Shown: in pieces, positions 1 to 11,353 of the stretch
How positions within the stretch are numbered: position 1 is the stretch's first letter
How the letters are laid out: each line of letters starts with the position of its first letter
Source: Escherichia coli
GTDB taxonomy: Bacteria > Pseudomonadota > Gammaproteobacteria > Enterobacterales > Enterobacteriaceae
Length of the DNA stretch: 64,000 bases
NCBI RefSeq assembly: GCF_044324785.1
Contig: NZ_CP172127.1
Direction: 5' to 3' (one strand)
Made by a program: the position numbers and the translations under genes
Notes under the pieces: model-generated
What the model was told of the DNA's origin: nothing
What the model saw: the letters and a program-made list of their open reading frames with translations, nothing else
The model's database searches: none

Positions 1-1
1 G

Positions 2-991
2 AATGTTTATCCGTTGACCCCGCGCCTGATTGATCAATTACGCCCACGACCCAACGTAGCGCGCCCCAATATGACGCTGGAAAGTGAGATCGCGAATTAC
101 CAGTATCGCGTCGGGCCGGGGGACGTTCTTAATGTCACCGTCTGGGATCACCCGGAACTCACCACGCCAGCCGGTCAGTACCGCAGCTCCAGCGACACCG
201 GCAACTGGGTACAGCCTGACGGCACTATGTTCTACCCGTATATCGGCAAGGTTCACGTCGTGGGGAAAACGCTCGCTGAAATCCGCAGTGATATTACCGG
301 GCGCTTAGCGACGTACATCGCTGACCCGCAGGTGGACGTTAATATCGCCGCCTTCCGCTCACAAAAGGCCTATATCTCCGGACAGGTGAATAAATCCGGC
401 CAACAGGCGATCACCAACGTGCCACTGACCATTCTCGATGCCATCAACGCCGCAGGTGGCCTGACCGATACTGCTGACTGGCGCAACGTGGTGCTAACAC
501 ACAATGGTCGTGAAGAGCGCATTTCTTTGCAGGCGCTGATGCAAAACGGCGACCTCAATCAGAACCGACTGCTTTATCCTGGCGATATTCTCTACGTGCC
601 GCGTAATGATGATCTGAAAGTATTTGTGATGGGTGAAGTTAAAAAACAGAGCACCCTGAAAATGGACTTTAGCGGCATGACCCTGACTGAAGCCCTGGGT
701 AATGCTGAAGGCATCGACATGACCACCTCCAACGCCAGCGGCATCTTTGTCATTCGTCCGTTGAAAGGCGAGGGCGGGCGTAACGGCAAGATTGCCAATA
801 TCTACCAGCTGGATATGTCCGATGCCACATCGCTGGTGATGGCGACAGAATTCCGCCTGCAACCTTATGACGTGGTGTATGTCACCACCGCCCCGGTTTC
901 CCGCTGGAACCGTCTGATCAATCAGTTGCTGCCAACTATTAGCGGTGTCCGTTACATGACGGATACAGCCAGCGACATTCATAACTGGTAA
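2..991 (+). CDS. wza: Wza outer-membrane polysaccharide export protein (colanic acid); 5' end lies upstream of the window
   Basis: Reading frame is open to the window edge; translation matches the C-terminal ~330 aa of E. coli Wza; followed by wzb and wzc. Confidence 0.9.
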   Translation, partial: NVYPLTPRLIDQLRPRPNVARPNMTLESEIANYQYRVGPGDVLNVTVWDHPELTTPAGQYRSSSDTGNWVQPDGTMFYPYIGKVHVVGKTLAEIRSDITGRLATYIADPQVDVNIAAFRSQKAYISGQVNKSGQQAITNVPLTILDAINAAGGLTDTADWRNVVLTHNGREERISLQALMQNGDLNQNRLLYPGDILYVPRNDDLKVFVMGEVKKQSTLKMDFSGMTLTEALGNAEGIDMTTSNASGIFVIRPLKGEGGRNGKIANIYQLDMSDATSLVMATEFRLQPYDVVYVTTAPVSRWNRLINQLLPTISGVRYMTDTASDIHNW

Positions 992-996
992 TCGTC

Positions 997-1440
997 ATGT
1001 TTAACAACATCTTAGTTGTCTGTGTCGGCAATATTTGCCGCTCCCCGACGGCGGAACGCTTACTGCAACGTTATCATCCGGAGCTAAAAGTGGAGTCCGC
1101 TGGACTCGGCGCGCTGGTCGGTAAGGGCGCTGACCCTACTGCTATCAGCGTCGCCGCAGAACATCAACTGTCTCTGGAAGGTCACTGTGCACGGCAAATC
1201 AGCCGTCGCCTGTGTCGCAACTACGACCTGATTTTGACCATGGAAAAGCGCCATATCGAACGCTTATGTGAGATGGCACCTGAGATGCGCGGCAAAGTGA
1301 TGCTGTTTGGTCACTGGGATAACGAATGTGAAATCCCCGATCCGTATCGCAAAAGCCGGGAAACGTTTGCAGCGGTGTACACATTACTTGAACGGTCTGC
1401 CCGCCAGTGGGCGCAGGCATTGAACGCAGAGCAGGTATAA
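997..1440 (+). CDS. wzb: Low-molecular-weight protein-tyrosine phosphatase Wzb
   Basis: 147 aa with N-terminal CVGNICRSP P-loop motif; position between wza and wzc. Confidence 0.9.
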   Translation: MFNNILVVCVGNICRSPTAERLLQRYHPELKVESAGLGALVGKGADPTAISVAAEHQLSLEGHCARQISRRLCRNYDLILTMEKRHIERLCEMAPEMRGKVMLFGHWDNECEIPDPYRKSRETFAAVYTLLERSARQWAQALNAEQV

Positions 1441-1442
1441 GA

Positions 1443-3605
1443 ATGACAGAAAAAGTAAAACAACATGCCGCTCCGGTAACGGGCAGTGATGAAATCGATA
1501 TTGGTCGCCTGGTCGGCACCGTCATTGAAGCGCGCTGGTGGGTAATTGGCATCACCGCCGTATTCGCCCTCTGTGCCGTGGTTTACACCTTCTTCGCCAC
1601 GCCGATATACAGCGCCGACGCACTGGTACAAATCGAACAAAGCAGCGGCAATTCGCTGGTGCAGGATATCGGATCGGCATTAGCCAACAAACCGCCTGCA
1701 TCGGACGCCGAGATCCAGTTGATTCGTTCGCGTCTGGTGCTTGGTAAAACGGTGGACGATCTCGACCTCGATATTGCGGTGAGCAAAAACACGTTCCCGA
1801 TTTTCGGTGCGGGCTGGGATCGCCTGATGGGACGTCAGAACGAGACGGTAAAAGTGACCACCTTTAACCGTCCGAAAGAGATGGCGGATCAGGTGTTTAC
1901 GCTTAATGTGCTGGACAACAAAAACTACACCCTGAGCAGCGACGGCGGCTTTAGCGCCCGTGGGCAAGCGGGCCAGATGCTGAAAAAAGAAGGCGTCACA
2001 CTGATGGTTGAAGCCATTCACGCCAGCCCGGGCAGTGAGTTTACCGTCACCAAATACTCCACGCTGGGGATGATCAATCAACTGCAAAACAGCCTGACGG
2101 TAACGGAGAACGGCAAAGATGCTGGCGTTTTGAGCCTGACTTATACTGGAGAAGATCGCGAACAGATCCGCGACATTCTTAACAGTATCGCCCGTAACTA
2201 TCAGGAACAAAATATTGAGCGCAAATCGGCGGAAGCGTCGAAAAGCCTCGCTTTCCTCGCGCAACAGTTACCGGAAGTACGTAGCCGCCTCGATGTTGCC
2301 GAAAACAAACTGAATGCCTTCCGTCAGGATAAAGATTCAGTTGATCTGCCGCTGGAAGCGAAAGCGGTGCTCGATTCGATGGTGAACATCGACGCGCAGT
2401 TGAACGAACTGACCTTTAAAGAGGCGGAAATCTCCAAGCTGTACACCAAAGTTCACCCGGCGTACCGCACGCTGCTGGAGAAACGGCAGGCGCTGGAAGA
2501 CGAAAAAGCCAAACTTAATGGTCGCGTAACGGCGATGCCGAAAACCCAGCAGGAGATTGTGCGCCTGACCCGCGATGTCGAGTCTGGTCAGCAGGTCTAT
2601 ATGCAACTGCTGAATAAAGAGCAGGAGCTGAAAATCACCGAAGCCAGCACCGTCGGCGATGTGCGCATTGTTGACCCGGCAATCACTCAGCCTGGTGTGC
2701 TGAAACCGAAGAAAGGGTTGATTATCCTCGGTGCAATTATCCTCGGCCTGATGCTCTCTATCGTGGGTGTACTGCTGCGCTCGTTGTTTAATCGCGGCAT
2801 TGAAAGCCCGCAGGTGCTGGAAGAACATGGCATCAGCGTCTATGCCAGCATCCCGCTGTCGGAGTGGCAGAAAGCGCGCGATAGCGTCAAAACCATCAAA
2901 GGGGTTAAACGCTATAAACAGAGCCAGCTACTGGCGGTGGGGAATCCAACCGATCTGGCGATTGAAGCCATCCGTAGTCTGCGTACCAGTCTGCACTTCG
3001 CGATGATGCAGGCACAGAACAATGTGTTGATGATGACCGGGGTTAGCCCGTCAATCGGTAAAACCTTTGTCTGCGCCAACCTGGCGGCGGTGATCAGCCA
3101 GACCAATAAACGGGTGTTGTTGATCGACTGCGATATGCGCAAAGGCTACACCCACGAGCTGTTGGGCACCAATAACGTCAATGGCCTGTCGGAAATTCTG
3201 ATTGGTCAGGGCGATATTACTACCGCTGCTAAACCGACCTCTATTGCCAAATTTGACCTGATCCCGCGCGGTCAGGTACCGCCAAATCCTTCTGAACTCT
3301 TGATGAGCGAACGCTTTGCCGAACTGGTGAACTGGGCGAGTAAAAACTACGACCTGGTGTTGATTGATACGCCGCCGATTCTGGCAGTGACCGATGCGGC
3401 AATTGTTGGTCGTCATGTCGGAACCACGTTAATGGTGGCGCGTTATGCGGTCAACACATTGAAAGAAGTGGAAACCAGCCTGAGCCGCTTTGAGCAAAAC
3501 GGTATTCCGGTGAAAGGGGTGATTCTGAACTCCATCTTCCGCCGCGCCAGCGCGTATCAGGATTATGGCTATTACGAATACGAATATAAGTCGGATGCGA
3601 AATAA
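1443..3605 (+). CDS. wzc: Tyrosine autokinase / polysaccharide co-polymerase Wzc
   Basis: 720 aa from ATG at 1443 (MTEKVKQ...); C-terminal Tyr-rich tail YQDYGYYEYEYKSDAK; the track ORF at 1407 is a GTG-initiated upstream extension. Confidence 0.9.
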   Translation: MTEKVKQHAAPVTGSDEIDIGRLVGTVIEARWWVIGITAVFALCAVVYTFFATPIYSADALVQIEQSSGNSLVQDIGSALANKPPASDAEIQLIRSRLVLGKTVDDLDLDIAVSKNTFPIFGAGWDRLMGRQNETVKVTTFNRPKEMADQVFTLNVLDNKNYTLSSDGGFSARGQAGQMLKKEGVTLMVEAIHASPGSEFTVTKYSTLGMINQLQNSLTVTENGKDAGVLSLTYTGEDREQIRDILNSIARNYQEQNIERKSAEASKSLAFLAQQLPEVRSRLDVAENKLNAFRQDKDSVDLPLEAKAVLDSMVNIDAQLNELTFKEAEISKLYTKVHPAYRTLLEKRQALEDEKAKLNGRVTAMPKTQQEIVRLTRDVESGQQVYMQLLNKEQELKITEASTVGDVRIVDPAITQPGVLKPKKGLIILGAIILGLMLSIVGVLLRSLFNRGIESPQVLEEHGISVYASIPLSEWQKARDSVKTIKGVKRYKQSQLLAVGNPTDLAIEAIRSLRTSLHFAMMQAQNNVLMMTGVSPSIGKTFVCANLAAVISQTNKRVLLIDCDMRKGYTHELLGTNNVNGLSEILIGQGDITTAAKPTSIAKFDLIPRGQVPPNPSELLMSERFAELVNWASKNYDLVLIDTPPILAVTDAAIVGRHVGTTLMVARYAVNTLKEVETSLSRFEQNGIPVKGVILNSIFRRASAYQDYGYYEYEYKSDAK

Positions 3606-3611
3606 CGACGC

Positions 3612-3666
3612 CTGCATTCGCACCGCCCCGTAGGCCGGATAAGGCGTTCACGCCGCATCCGGCAAG
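3612..3666. repeat. REP (repetitive extragenic palindromic) element in the wzc-wcaA intergenic region
   Basis: gccccgtaggccggataaggcgttcacgccgcatccggcaag matches the enterobacterial REP consensus. Confidence 0.6.
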
Positions 3667-3697
3667 CAAACCAGCTCATAAGCCGGGAGAACAACCT

Positions 3698-4537
3698 ATG
3701 AAAGACAATCCGCTGATCTCAATCTATATGCCGACCTGGAACCGCCAACAACTGGCGATTCGGGCGATAAAATCGGTCCTGCGCCAGGACTATAACAACT
3801 GGGAGATGATCATCGTGGATGATTGCTCCACCTCCTGGGAACAACTCCAACAGTACGTCACCGCCCTCAACGATCCGCGTATCACCTACATTCACAACGA
3901 CATTAACAGCGGGGCGTGCGCGGTACGTAACCAGGCGATTATGCTGGCGCAAGGGGAATATATCACCGGGATCGATGATGATGATGAATGGACACCCAAC
4001 CGTCTGAGCGTCTTCCTCGCCCATAAACAGCAACTGGTCACACACGCCTTTTTGTACGCTAACGACTACGTTTGCCAGGGCGAGGTCTACTCCCAGCCGG
4101 CAAGTTTGCCGCTGTATCCCAAATCGCCGTATTCACGCCGCCTGTTCTACAAACGCAATATCATTGGCAATCAGGTCTTTACCTGGGCGTGGCGTTTCAA
4201 AGAGTGTTTGTTCGATACCGAACTGAAAGCGGCACAGGATTACGACATTTTCCTGCGGATGGTGGTGGAGTACGGCGAACCGTGGAAAGTAGAAGAGGCG
4301 ACGCAGATCCTGCATATCAATCACGGTGAAATGCAGATCACCTCGTCACCGAAAAAATTCTCCGGATACTTCCACTTTTACCGCAAGCACAAAGACAAAT
4401 TTGACCGCGCCAGCAAAAAATATCAGCTGTTTACCCTCTACCAGATCCGCAATAAACGCATGACCTGGCGCACTTTGCTGACGCTGCTGTCGGTGCGTAA
4501 CGGCAAACGTCTGGCTGATGGTATTCGGGGGCGCTAA
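3698..4537 (+). CDS. wcaA: Colanic acid glycosyltransferase WcaA (GT2 family)
   Basis: 279 aa, matches K-12 WcaA; conserved position. Confidence 0.9.
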   Translation: MKDNPLISIYMPTWNRQQLAIRAIKSVLRQDYNNWEMIIVDDCSTSWEQLQQYVTALNDPRITYIHNDINSGACAVRNQAIMLAQGEYITGIDDDDEWTPNRLSVFLAHKQQLVTHAFLYANDYVCQGEVYSQPASLPLYPKSPYSRRLFYKRNIIGNQVFTWAWRFKECLFDTELKAAQDYDIFLRMVVEYGEPWKVEEATQILHINHGEMQITSSPKKFSGYFHFYRKHKDKFDRASKKYQLFTLYQIRNKRMTWRTLLTLLSVRNGKRLADGIRGR

Positions 4538-4539
4538 AG

Positions 4540-5028
4540 ATGCTGGAAGATCTGCGCGCCAACAGCTGGAGTTTACGCCCGTGCTGCATGGTTCTTGCCT
4601 ATCGCGTTGCTCATTTTTGTTCGGTGTGGCGCAAAAAGAACGTCCTCAACAATATTTGGGCGGCCCCGCTGCTGGTGCTGTATCGCATTATCACCGAATG
4701 CTTTTTCGGTTATGAAATCCAGGCAGCCGCAACCATTGGTCGCCGTTTCACTATCCATCACGGCTATGCCGTAGTGATCAATAAAAACGTGGTCGCGGGG
4801 GATGATTTCACCATTCGCCACGGCGTCACTATCGGCAATCGTGGAGCCGATAACATGGCATGTCCACACATTGGCAACGGCGTCGAACTCGGTGCCAACG
4901 TTATTATTCTTGGTGATATCACGCTTGGTAACAATGTCACCGTGGGCGCGGGCAGCGTGGTGCTCGACTCTGTCCCGGACAACGCGCTGGTGGTGGGAGA
5001 AAAAGCGCGAGTGAAGGTAATTAAATGA
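4540..5028 (+). CDS. wcaB: Colanic acid acetyltransferase WcaB (hexapeptide-repeat family)
   Basis: 162 aa, matches K-12 WcaB. Confidence 0.9.
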   Translation: MLEDLRANSWSLRPCCMVLAYRVAHFCSVWRKKNVLNNIWAAPLLVLYRIITECFFGYEIQAAATIGRRFTIHHGYAVVINKNVVAGDDFTIRHGVTIGNRGADNMACPHIGNGVELGANVIILGDITLGNNVTVGAGSVVLDSVPDNALVVGEKARVKVIK

Positions 5029-6242
5029 ATATTCTGCAATTTAATGTGCGACTGGCGGAAGGCGGGGCAGCAGGTGTGGCGTTAGATCTCCACCAGCGTG
5101 CGCTGCAACAGGGGCTGGCGTCACATTTTGTCTACGGCTACGGCAAAGGCGGCAAAGAGAGCGTCAGCCATCAAAACTATCCGCAGGTCATCAAACATAC
5201 GCCGCGGATGACCGCGATGGCGAACATTGCCCTGTTTCGTCTGTTTAATCGCGATCTGTTCGGCAATTTCAATGAGTTATATCGCACCATTACTCGCACA
5301 CCGGGTCCGGTGGTCCTGCATTTTCATGTGCTGCACAGCTACTGGTTGAATCTTAAGAGCGTGGTGCGCTTTTGCGAAAAAGTGAAAAACCACAAACCGG
5401 ATATCATTTTGGTCTGGACGTTACACGATCACTGGAGCGTTACCGGACGCTGCGCCTTTACCGACGGTTGTGAAGGCTGGAAAAAGGGCTGCCAGAAATG
5501 CCCGACCTTAAATAATTATCCGCCGGTGAAGATTGATCGCGCACACCAGCTGGTGGCGGGCAAACGCCAGTTATTCCGTGAGATGCTGGCGCTGGGCTGT
5601 CAGTTTATTTCCCCCAGCCAGCATGTGGCTGATGCTTTCAATAGTCTGTACGGTCCAGGGCGTTGCCGGATTATCAATAATGGCATTGATATGGCAACCG
5701 AAGCGATTCTGGCGGACTTGCCTCCGGTGCGCGAAACCCAGGGCAAGCCGAAAATCGCGGTGGTGGCGCATGATCTGCGTTACGACGGCAAAACTAACCA
5801 GCAACTGGTACGCGAGATGATGGCGCTGGGCGACAAAATCGAACTGCATACCTTTGGTAAGTTCTCGCCGTTCACCGCTGGCAACGTGGTTAATCACGGC
5901 TTTGAAACTGACAAGCGCAAGTTGATGAGCGCGCTCAATCAGATGGATGCGCTGGTATTCAGTTCTCGCGTCGATAACTACCCGCTGATTTTGTGTGAGG
6001 CGCTATCGATTGGCGTGCCGGTGATTGCCACCTATAGCGACGCGGCGCGGGAAGTGTTGCAAAAATCCGGCGGTAAAACCGTCAGCGAAGAAGACGTGCT
6101 GCAACTGGTGCAGTTAAGCAAACCGGAAATCGCGCAGGCGATATTTAGTACCACGCTGGCTGAGTTCAGCCAACGCAGCCGCGCCGCCTACAGTGGACAA
6201 CAGATGCTGGAGGAGTATGTCAACTTCTATCAGAATCTGTAG
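5025..6242 (+). CDS. wcaC: Colanic acid glycosyltransferase WcaC
   Basis: 405 aa, matches K-12 WcaC; 4-nt overlap with wcaB. Confidence 0.9.
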   Translation: MNILQFNVRLAEGGAAGVALDLHQRALQQGLASHFVYGYGKGGKESVSHQNYPQVIKHTPRMTAMANIALFRLFNRDLFGNFNELYRTITRTPGPVVLHFHVLHSYWLNLKSVVRFCEKVKNHKPDIILVWTLHDHWSVTGRCAFTDGCEGWKKGCQKCPTLNNYPPVKIDRAHQLVAGKRQLFREMLALGCQFISPSQHVADAFNSLYGPGRCRIINNGIDMATEAILADLPPVRETQGKPKIAVVAHDLRYDGKTNQQLVREMMALGDKIELHTFGKFSPFTAGNVVNHGFETDKRKLMSALNQMDALVFSSRVDNYPLILCEALSIGVPVIATYSDAAREVLQKSGGKTVSEEDVLQLVQLSKPEIAQAIFSTTLAEFSQRSRAAYSGQQMLEEYVNFYQNL

Positions 6243-7434
6243 CTACCTGCTGCTGCCGCTGATTTACCTGCTGGTTAACGTCAAAATCGCCCAGCTTGGC
6301 GAAAGTTTCCCCATCACCATCGTCACTTTTTTACCTGTCTTGTTACTGCTGTTTTTAGAGCGCATCAGCGTTAAAAAATTGATGATTGCCTTGGGGATTG
6401 GCGCGGGGCTCACGGCGTTCAACTATCTGTTTGGTCAGTCGTTGGATGCCAGTAAATACGTCACTTCAACCATGCTGTTTGTCTATATTGTGATCATTAT
6501 TGGCATGGTGTGGAGTATTCGCTTTAAAACGATTTCGCCACACAACCATCGCAAGATATTACGTTTCTTTTATCTGGTGGTCGGGCTGGTGGTGGCGCTG
6601 GCGGCAGTGGAGATGGCGCAAATTATCCTCACCGGTGGCAGCAGTATTATGGAGTCGATTTCGAAATATCTGATTTACAGCAACAGCTATGTGCTGAATT
6701 TCATCAAATTCGGCGGCAAGCGCACGACCGCACTTTATTTCGAACCGGCATTTTTCGCTCTGGCATTAATCTCAATTTGGCTCAGCATCAAACAGTTTGG
6801 TATCAAAACGCCTAAAACCGATGCTATGATTCTCGCAGGGATAATATTATCCGGATCGTTTTCAGGGGTTATGACCTTTATCCTGTTTTATTTGCTGGAG
6901 TGGGCATTTCAATATCTGAATAAAGAGGCGATTAAGAAAAAGTTACCGTTAGCATTGATTTCTATGGCTGTATTCCTGGTTGGTGTGGTAATTGCATTTC
7001 CTTATATTTCCACCCGTCTGGGCGATTTAGGTACGGAAGGATCGTCATCATATTATCGTATTGTCGGTCCGCTGGTGATGGTCGGTTATTCTTTGACCCA
7101 TATTGACGGTGTAGTCAGATTTGGCTCACTTTATGAATATGTCGCATCATTCGGAATATTTAACGGTGCGGATGTCGGAAAAACCATAGACAATGGTTTG
7201 TATCTGCTGATTATTTATTTTTCCTGGTTCGCGGTGTTTTTATCGCTGTGGTACATGGGGAAAGTGATAAAAATGATGATCAACGCTTTTGGTGATAACC
7301 GCAATTTTCGCGTGCAATTATATCTTTTTACTCCGGTATCGCTGTTTTTTACCGGTTCGATATTTAGCCCGGAATATGCATTTTTAATCGTCTGTCCGTT
7401 TATTTTGCGAAAAGCGTTAAATATTACGAGGTAA
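6217..7434 (+). CDS. wcaD: Colanic acid polymerase WcaD (multi-pass membrane protein)
   Basis: 405 aa from ATG at 6217 ([14 protein letters not shown]...); hydrophobic multi-TM profile; track ORF at 6193 is a GTG extension. Confidence 0.85.
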   Translation: MSTSIRICSYLLLPLIYLLVNVKIAQLGESFPITIVTFLPVLLLLFLERISVKKLMIALGIGAGLTAFNYLFGQSLDASKYVTSTMLFVYIVIIIGMVWSIRFKTISPHNHRKILRFFYLVVGLVVALAAVEMAQIILTGGSSIMESISKYLIYSNSYVLNFIKFGGKRTTALYFEPAFFALALISIWLSIKQFGIKTPKTDAMILAGIILSGSFSGVMTFILFYLLEWAFQYLNKEAIKKKLPLALISMAVFLVGVVIAFPYISTRLGDLGTEGSSSYYRIVGPLVMVGYSLTHIDGVVRFGSLYEYVASFGIFNGADVGKTIDNGLYLLIIYFSWFAVFLSLWYMGKVIKMMINAFGDNRNFRVQLYLFTPVSLFFTGSIFSPEYAFLIVCPFILRKALNITR

Positions 7435-7444
7435 GAATAAGAAC

Positions 7445-8191
7445 ATGTTGCTTAGCATAATCACTGTCGCGTTTCGTAACCTCGCAGGGATAGTCAAAAC
7501 ACATGCCTCGCTGGCGCATCTGGCGCAGGCGGACGATATCAGCCTCGAATGGATTGTTGTCGATGGCGGTTCCAACGACGGTACCCGTGAGTACCTGGAA
7601 AATCTCAAGGGTATCTATAACCTACGCTTTGTCAGCGAGCCAGATAACGGTATCTACGACGCCATGAACAAGGGCATTGCGATGGCACAAGGCAAGTTCG
7701 CGTTGTTTCTCAACTCGGGCGATATTTTTCATCAGGATGCCGCAAATTTTGTCCGTAAGTTAAAAGTGCAAAAAGATAACGTGATGATCACCGGCGATGC
7801 GCTGCTGGATTTTGGCGACGGGCATAAGATTAAACGTAGCGCCAAACCGGGTTGGTATATTTATCACAGCCTGCCCGCCAGTCATCAGGCGATATTTTTC
7901 CCGGTATCCGGCTTGAAAAAATGGCGTTATGACCTGGAATATAAAGTTTCTTCCGACTACGCGCTGGCAGCCAAAATGTATAAAGCCGGTTATGCATTTA
8001 AAAAACTCAATGGCCTGGTGTCTGAATTTTCTATGGGTGGGGTATCAACCACCAATAATATGGAATTGTGTGCTGACGCGAAAAAAGTCCAACGGCAAAT
8101 ATTACATGTGCCTGGCTTTTGGGCTGAATTATCCTGGCATTTACGCCAACGTACTACCTCAAAGACGAAAGCCTTATATAACAAAAGCTGA
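7445..8191 (+). CDS. wcaE: Colanic acid glycosyltransferase WcaE (GT2)
   Basis: 248 aa, matches K-12 WcaE. Confidence 0.9.
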   Translation: MLLSIITVAFRNLAGIVKTHASLAHLAQADDISLEWIVVDGGSNDGTREYLENLKGIYNLRFVSEPDNGIYDAMNKGIAMAQGKFALFLNSGDIFHQDAANFVRKLKVQKDNVMITGDALLDFGDGHKIKRSAKPGWYIYHSLPASHQAIFFPVSGLKKWRYDLEYKVSSDYALAAKMYKAGYAFKKLNGLVSEFSMGGVSTTNNMELCADAKKVQRQILHVPGFWAELSWHLRQRTTSKTKALYNKS

Positions 8192-8206
8192 ATATAAGGG
8201 AAAACG

Positions 8207-8755
8207 ATGCAAGATTTAAGTGGATTCTCGGTGCCGAAAGGGTTCCGGGGCGGCAACGCTATTAAAGTGCAATTATGGTGGGCAGTACAGGCAACAATAT
8301 TTGCCTGGTCGCCACAAGTATTGTATCGCTGGCGGGCTTTTTTATTACGTTTATTCGGGGCAAAAATAGGAAAAAACGTAGTTATTCGTCCGTCAGTAAA
8401 AATTACCTATCCGTGGAAATTAACCTTAGGTGATTACGCGTGGGTCGGCGATGACGTCAATTTATATACCCTCGGTGAAATAACCATTGGCGCACATTCG
8501 GTGATATCGCAAAAAAGTTATTTATGCACCGGTAGCCACGACCATGCAAGTCAACATTTCACCATTAACGCCACGCCTATTGTGATTGGCGAGAAATGCT
8601 GGCTGGCGACAGATGTTTTTGTTGCCCCTGGCGTCACGATTGGCGACGGCACCGTCGTGGGTGCACGAAGCAGTGTTTTTAAATCGCTTCCGGCAAATGT
8701 GGTTTGCCGGGGGAATCCCGCAGTGGTGATACGCGAACGCGTTGAAACTGAATAA
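8207..8755 (+). CDS. wcaF: Colanic acid acetyltransferase WcaF
   Basis: 182 aa hexapeptide-repeat acyltransferase, matches K-12 WcaF. Confidence 0.9.
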   Translation: MQDLSGFSVPKGFRGGNAIKVQLWWAVQATIFAWSPQVLYRWRAFLLRLFGAKIGKNVVIRPSVKITYPWKLTLGDYAWVGDDVNLYTLGEITIGAHSVISQKSYLCTGSHDHASQHFTINATPIVIGEKCWLATDVFVAPGVTIGDGTVVGARSSVFKSLPANVVCRGNPAVVIRERVETE

Positions 8756-8781
8756 ATTCAAAAAATACAGAGGAATAAGAC

Positions 8782-9903
8782 ATGTCAAAAGTCGCTCTCA
8801 TCACCGGTGTAACCGGACAAGACGGTTCTTACCTGGCAGAGTTTCTGCTGGAAAAAGGTTACGAGGTGCATGGTATTAAGCGTCGTGCATCGTCATTCAA
8901 CACCGAGCGCGTGGATCACATTTATCAGGATCCACACACCTGCAATCCGAAATTCCACCTGCATTATGGCGACCTGAGTGATACCTCCAACCTGACGCGC
9001 ATTTTGCGTGAAGTGCAGCCGGATGAAGTGTACAACCTGGGTGCAATGAGCCACGTTGCGGTTTCTTTTGAGTCACCGGAATATACCGCAGACGTTGATG
9101 CGATGGGTACGCTGCGCCTGCTCGAGGCGATCCGCTTCCTCGGTCTGGAAAAGAAAACCCGTTTTTATCAGGCTTCTACCTCTGAACTGTACGGTCTGGT
9201 GCAGGAAATTCCGCAGAAAGAGACCACGCCGTTCTATCCACGCTCTCCGTATGCGGTCGCCAAACTGTATGCCTACTGGATCACCGTTAACTACCGCGAA
9301 TCCTACGGCATGTACGCCTGCAACGGTATTCTCTTTAACCATGAATCCCCGCGCCGCGGCGAAACCTTCGTTACCCGCAAAATCACCCGCGCAATCGCCA
9401 ACATCGCTCAGGGGCTGGAGTCGTGCCTGTACCTCGGCAATATGGATTCTCTGCGTGACTGGGGCCATGCCAAAGACTACGTAAAAATGCAGTGGATGAT
9501 GCTGCAACAGGAACAACCGGAAGATTTCGTTATTGCCACCGGCGTTCAGTACTCCGTGCGTCAGTTCGTGGAAATGGCGGCGGCACAACTGGGCATCAAA
9601 CTGCGCTTTGAAGGCACGGGTGTTGAAGAGAAGGGCATTGTGGTTTCCGTCACCGGGCATGACGCGCCGGGCGTTAAACCGGGTGATGTGATTATCGCCG
9701 TTGACCCGCGTTACTTCCGTCCGGCTGAAGTTGAAACGCTGCTCGGCGACCCGACCAAAGCGCACGAAAAACTGGGCTGGAAACCGGAAATCACCCTCAG
9801 AGAGATGGTGTCTGAAATGGTGGCTAATGACCTCGAAGCGGCGAAAAAACACTCTCTGCTGAAATCTCACGGCTACGACGTGGCGATCGCGCTGGAGTCA
9901 TAA
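8782..9903 (+). CDS. gmd: GDP-mannose 4,6-dehydratase
   Basis: 373 aa, N-terminal [11 protein letters not shown]ossmann motif; matches E. coli Gmd. Confidence 0.95.
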
Positions 9904-9905
9904 GC

Positions 9906-10871
9906 ATGAGTAAACAACGCATTTTTATTGCTGGCCATCGCGGGATGGTCGGTTCCGCCATCAGGCGGCAGCTCGAACAGCGCGGTGATGTGGAACTTGT
10001 ATTACGCACCCGCGACGAGCTGAACCTGCTGGACAGCTGGGCGGTGCATGATTTCTTTGCCAGTGAAAGCATTGACCAGGTCTATCTGGCGGCGGCGAAA
10101 GTGGGCGGCATTGTTGCCAACAACACCTATCCGGCGGATTTCATCTACCAGAACATGATGATTGAGAGCAACATCATTCACGCCGCGCATCAGAACGACG
10201 TGAACAAACTATTGTTTCTCGGATCGTCCTGTATCTATCCGAAACTGGCAAAACAGCCGATGGCAGAAAGCGAGTTGTTGCAGGGCACGCTGGAGCCGAC
10301 CAACGAACCTTATGCCATTGCCAAAATTGCCGGGATCAAACTGTGCGAATCTTACAACCGCCAGTATGGACGTGATTACCGCTCGGTCATGCCGACCAAC
10401 CTGTACGGGCCACACGACAACTTCCACCCGAGTAATTCGCATGTGATCCCTGCATTGCTGCGTCGCTTCCACGAGGCGACGGCACACAATGCGCCGGACG
10501 TGGTGGTGTGGGGCAGCGGTACACCGATGCGCGAATTTCTGCATGTCGATGATATGGCGGCGGCGAGCATTCATGTGATGGAGCTGGCGCACGAAGTCTG
10601 GCTGGAAAACACCCAGCCGATGTTGTCGCACATTAACGTCGGCACGGGCGTTGACTGCACCATCCGTGAACTGGCGCAAACCATCGCCAAAGTGGTGGGT
10701 TACAAAGGTCGGGTGGTTTTTGATGCCAGTAAACCGGATGGTACGCCGCGCAAACTACTGGATGTGACGCGCCTGCATCAGCTTGGCTGGTATCACGAAA
10801 TCTCACTGGAAGCGGGGCTGGCCAGCACTTACCAGTGGTTCCTTGAGAATCAAGACCGCTTTCGGGGGTAA
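9906..10871 (+). CDS. fcl: GDP-L-fucose synthase (GDP-4-keto-6-deoxymannose 3,5-epimerase/4-reductase)
   Basis: 321 aa, matches E. coli Fcl (WcaG); immediately downstream of gmd. Confidence 0.95.
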   Translation: MSKQRIFIAGHRGMVGSAIRRQLEQRGDVELVLRTRDELNLLDSWAVHDFFASESIDQVYLAAAKVGGIVANNTYPADFIYQNMMIESNIIHAAHQNDVNKLLFLGSSCIYPKLAKQPMAESELLQGTLEPTNEPYAIAKIAGIKLCESYNRQYGRDYRSVMPTNLYGPHDNFHPSNSHVIPALLRRFHEATAHNAPDVVVWGSGTPMREFLHVDDMAAASIHVMELAHEVWLENTQPMLSHINVGTGVDCTIRELAQTIAKVVGYKGRVVFDASKPDGTPRKLLDVTRLHQLGWYHEISLEAGLASTYQWFLENQDRFRG

Positions 10872-10873
10872 TG

Positions 10874-11353
10874 ATGTTTTTACGTCAGGAAGACTTTGCC
10901 ACGGTAGTGCGCTCCACACCGCTTGTCTCCCTCGACTTTATTGTCGAGAACAGTCGCGGCGAGTTTCTGCTTGGCAAAAGAACCAACCGCCCGGCGCAGG
11001 GTTACTGGTTTGTGCCGGGAGGGCGCGTGCAGAAAGACGAAACGCTGGAAGCCGCATTTGAGCGGCTGACGATGGCGGAACTGGGGCTGCGTCTGCCGAT
11101 AACAGCAGGCCAGTTTTACGGTGTCTGGCAGCACTTTTATGACGATAACTTCTCCGGCACGGATTTCACCACGCACTATGTGGTGCTCGGTTTTCGCTTC
11201 AGAGTCGCTGAAGAAGAGCTGTTACTGCCGGATGAGCAGCATGACGATTACCGCTGGCTGACGCCGGACGCGCTGCTCGCCAGTGACAATGTTCACGCTA
11301 ACAGCCGCGCCTATTTTCTCGCTGAGAAGCGAGCCGGAGTACCCGGATTATGA
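10874..11353 (+). CDS. gmm: GDP-mannose mannosyl hydrolase (Nudix)
   Basis: 159 aa from ATG at 10874; matches E. coli Gmm/WcaH. Confidence 0.9.
   Translation: MFLRQEDFATVVRSTPLVSLDFIVENSRGEFLLGKRTNRPAQGYWFVPGGRVQKDETLEAAFERLTMAELGLRLPITAGQFYGVWQHFYDDNFSGTDFTTHYVVLGFRFRVAEEELLLPDEQHDDYRWLTPDALLASDNVHANSRAYFLAEKRAGVPGL

Noticed and set aside
1407-1442. N-terminal extension of wzc from a GTG at 1407
   Set aside because: It overlaps the end of wzb and the canonical Wzc N-terminus (MTEKVKQ) starts at the ATG at 1443; the same reasoning applies to the extended track starts of wcaD, cpsG, ugd, wzzB, yeeY, plaP, yeeX, cobU, nac, hisG, hisD and sbcB.
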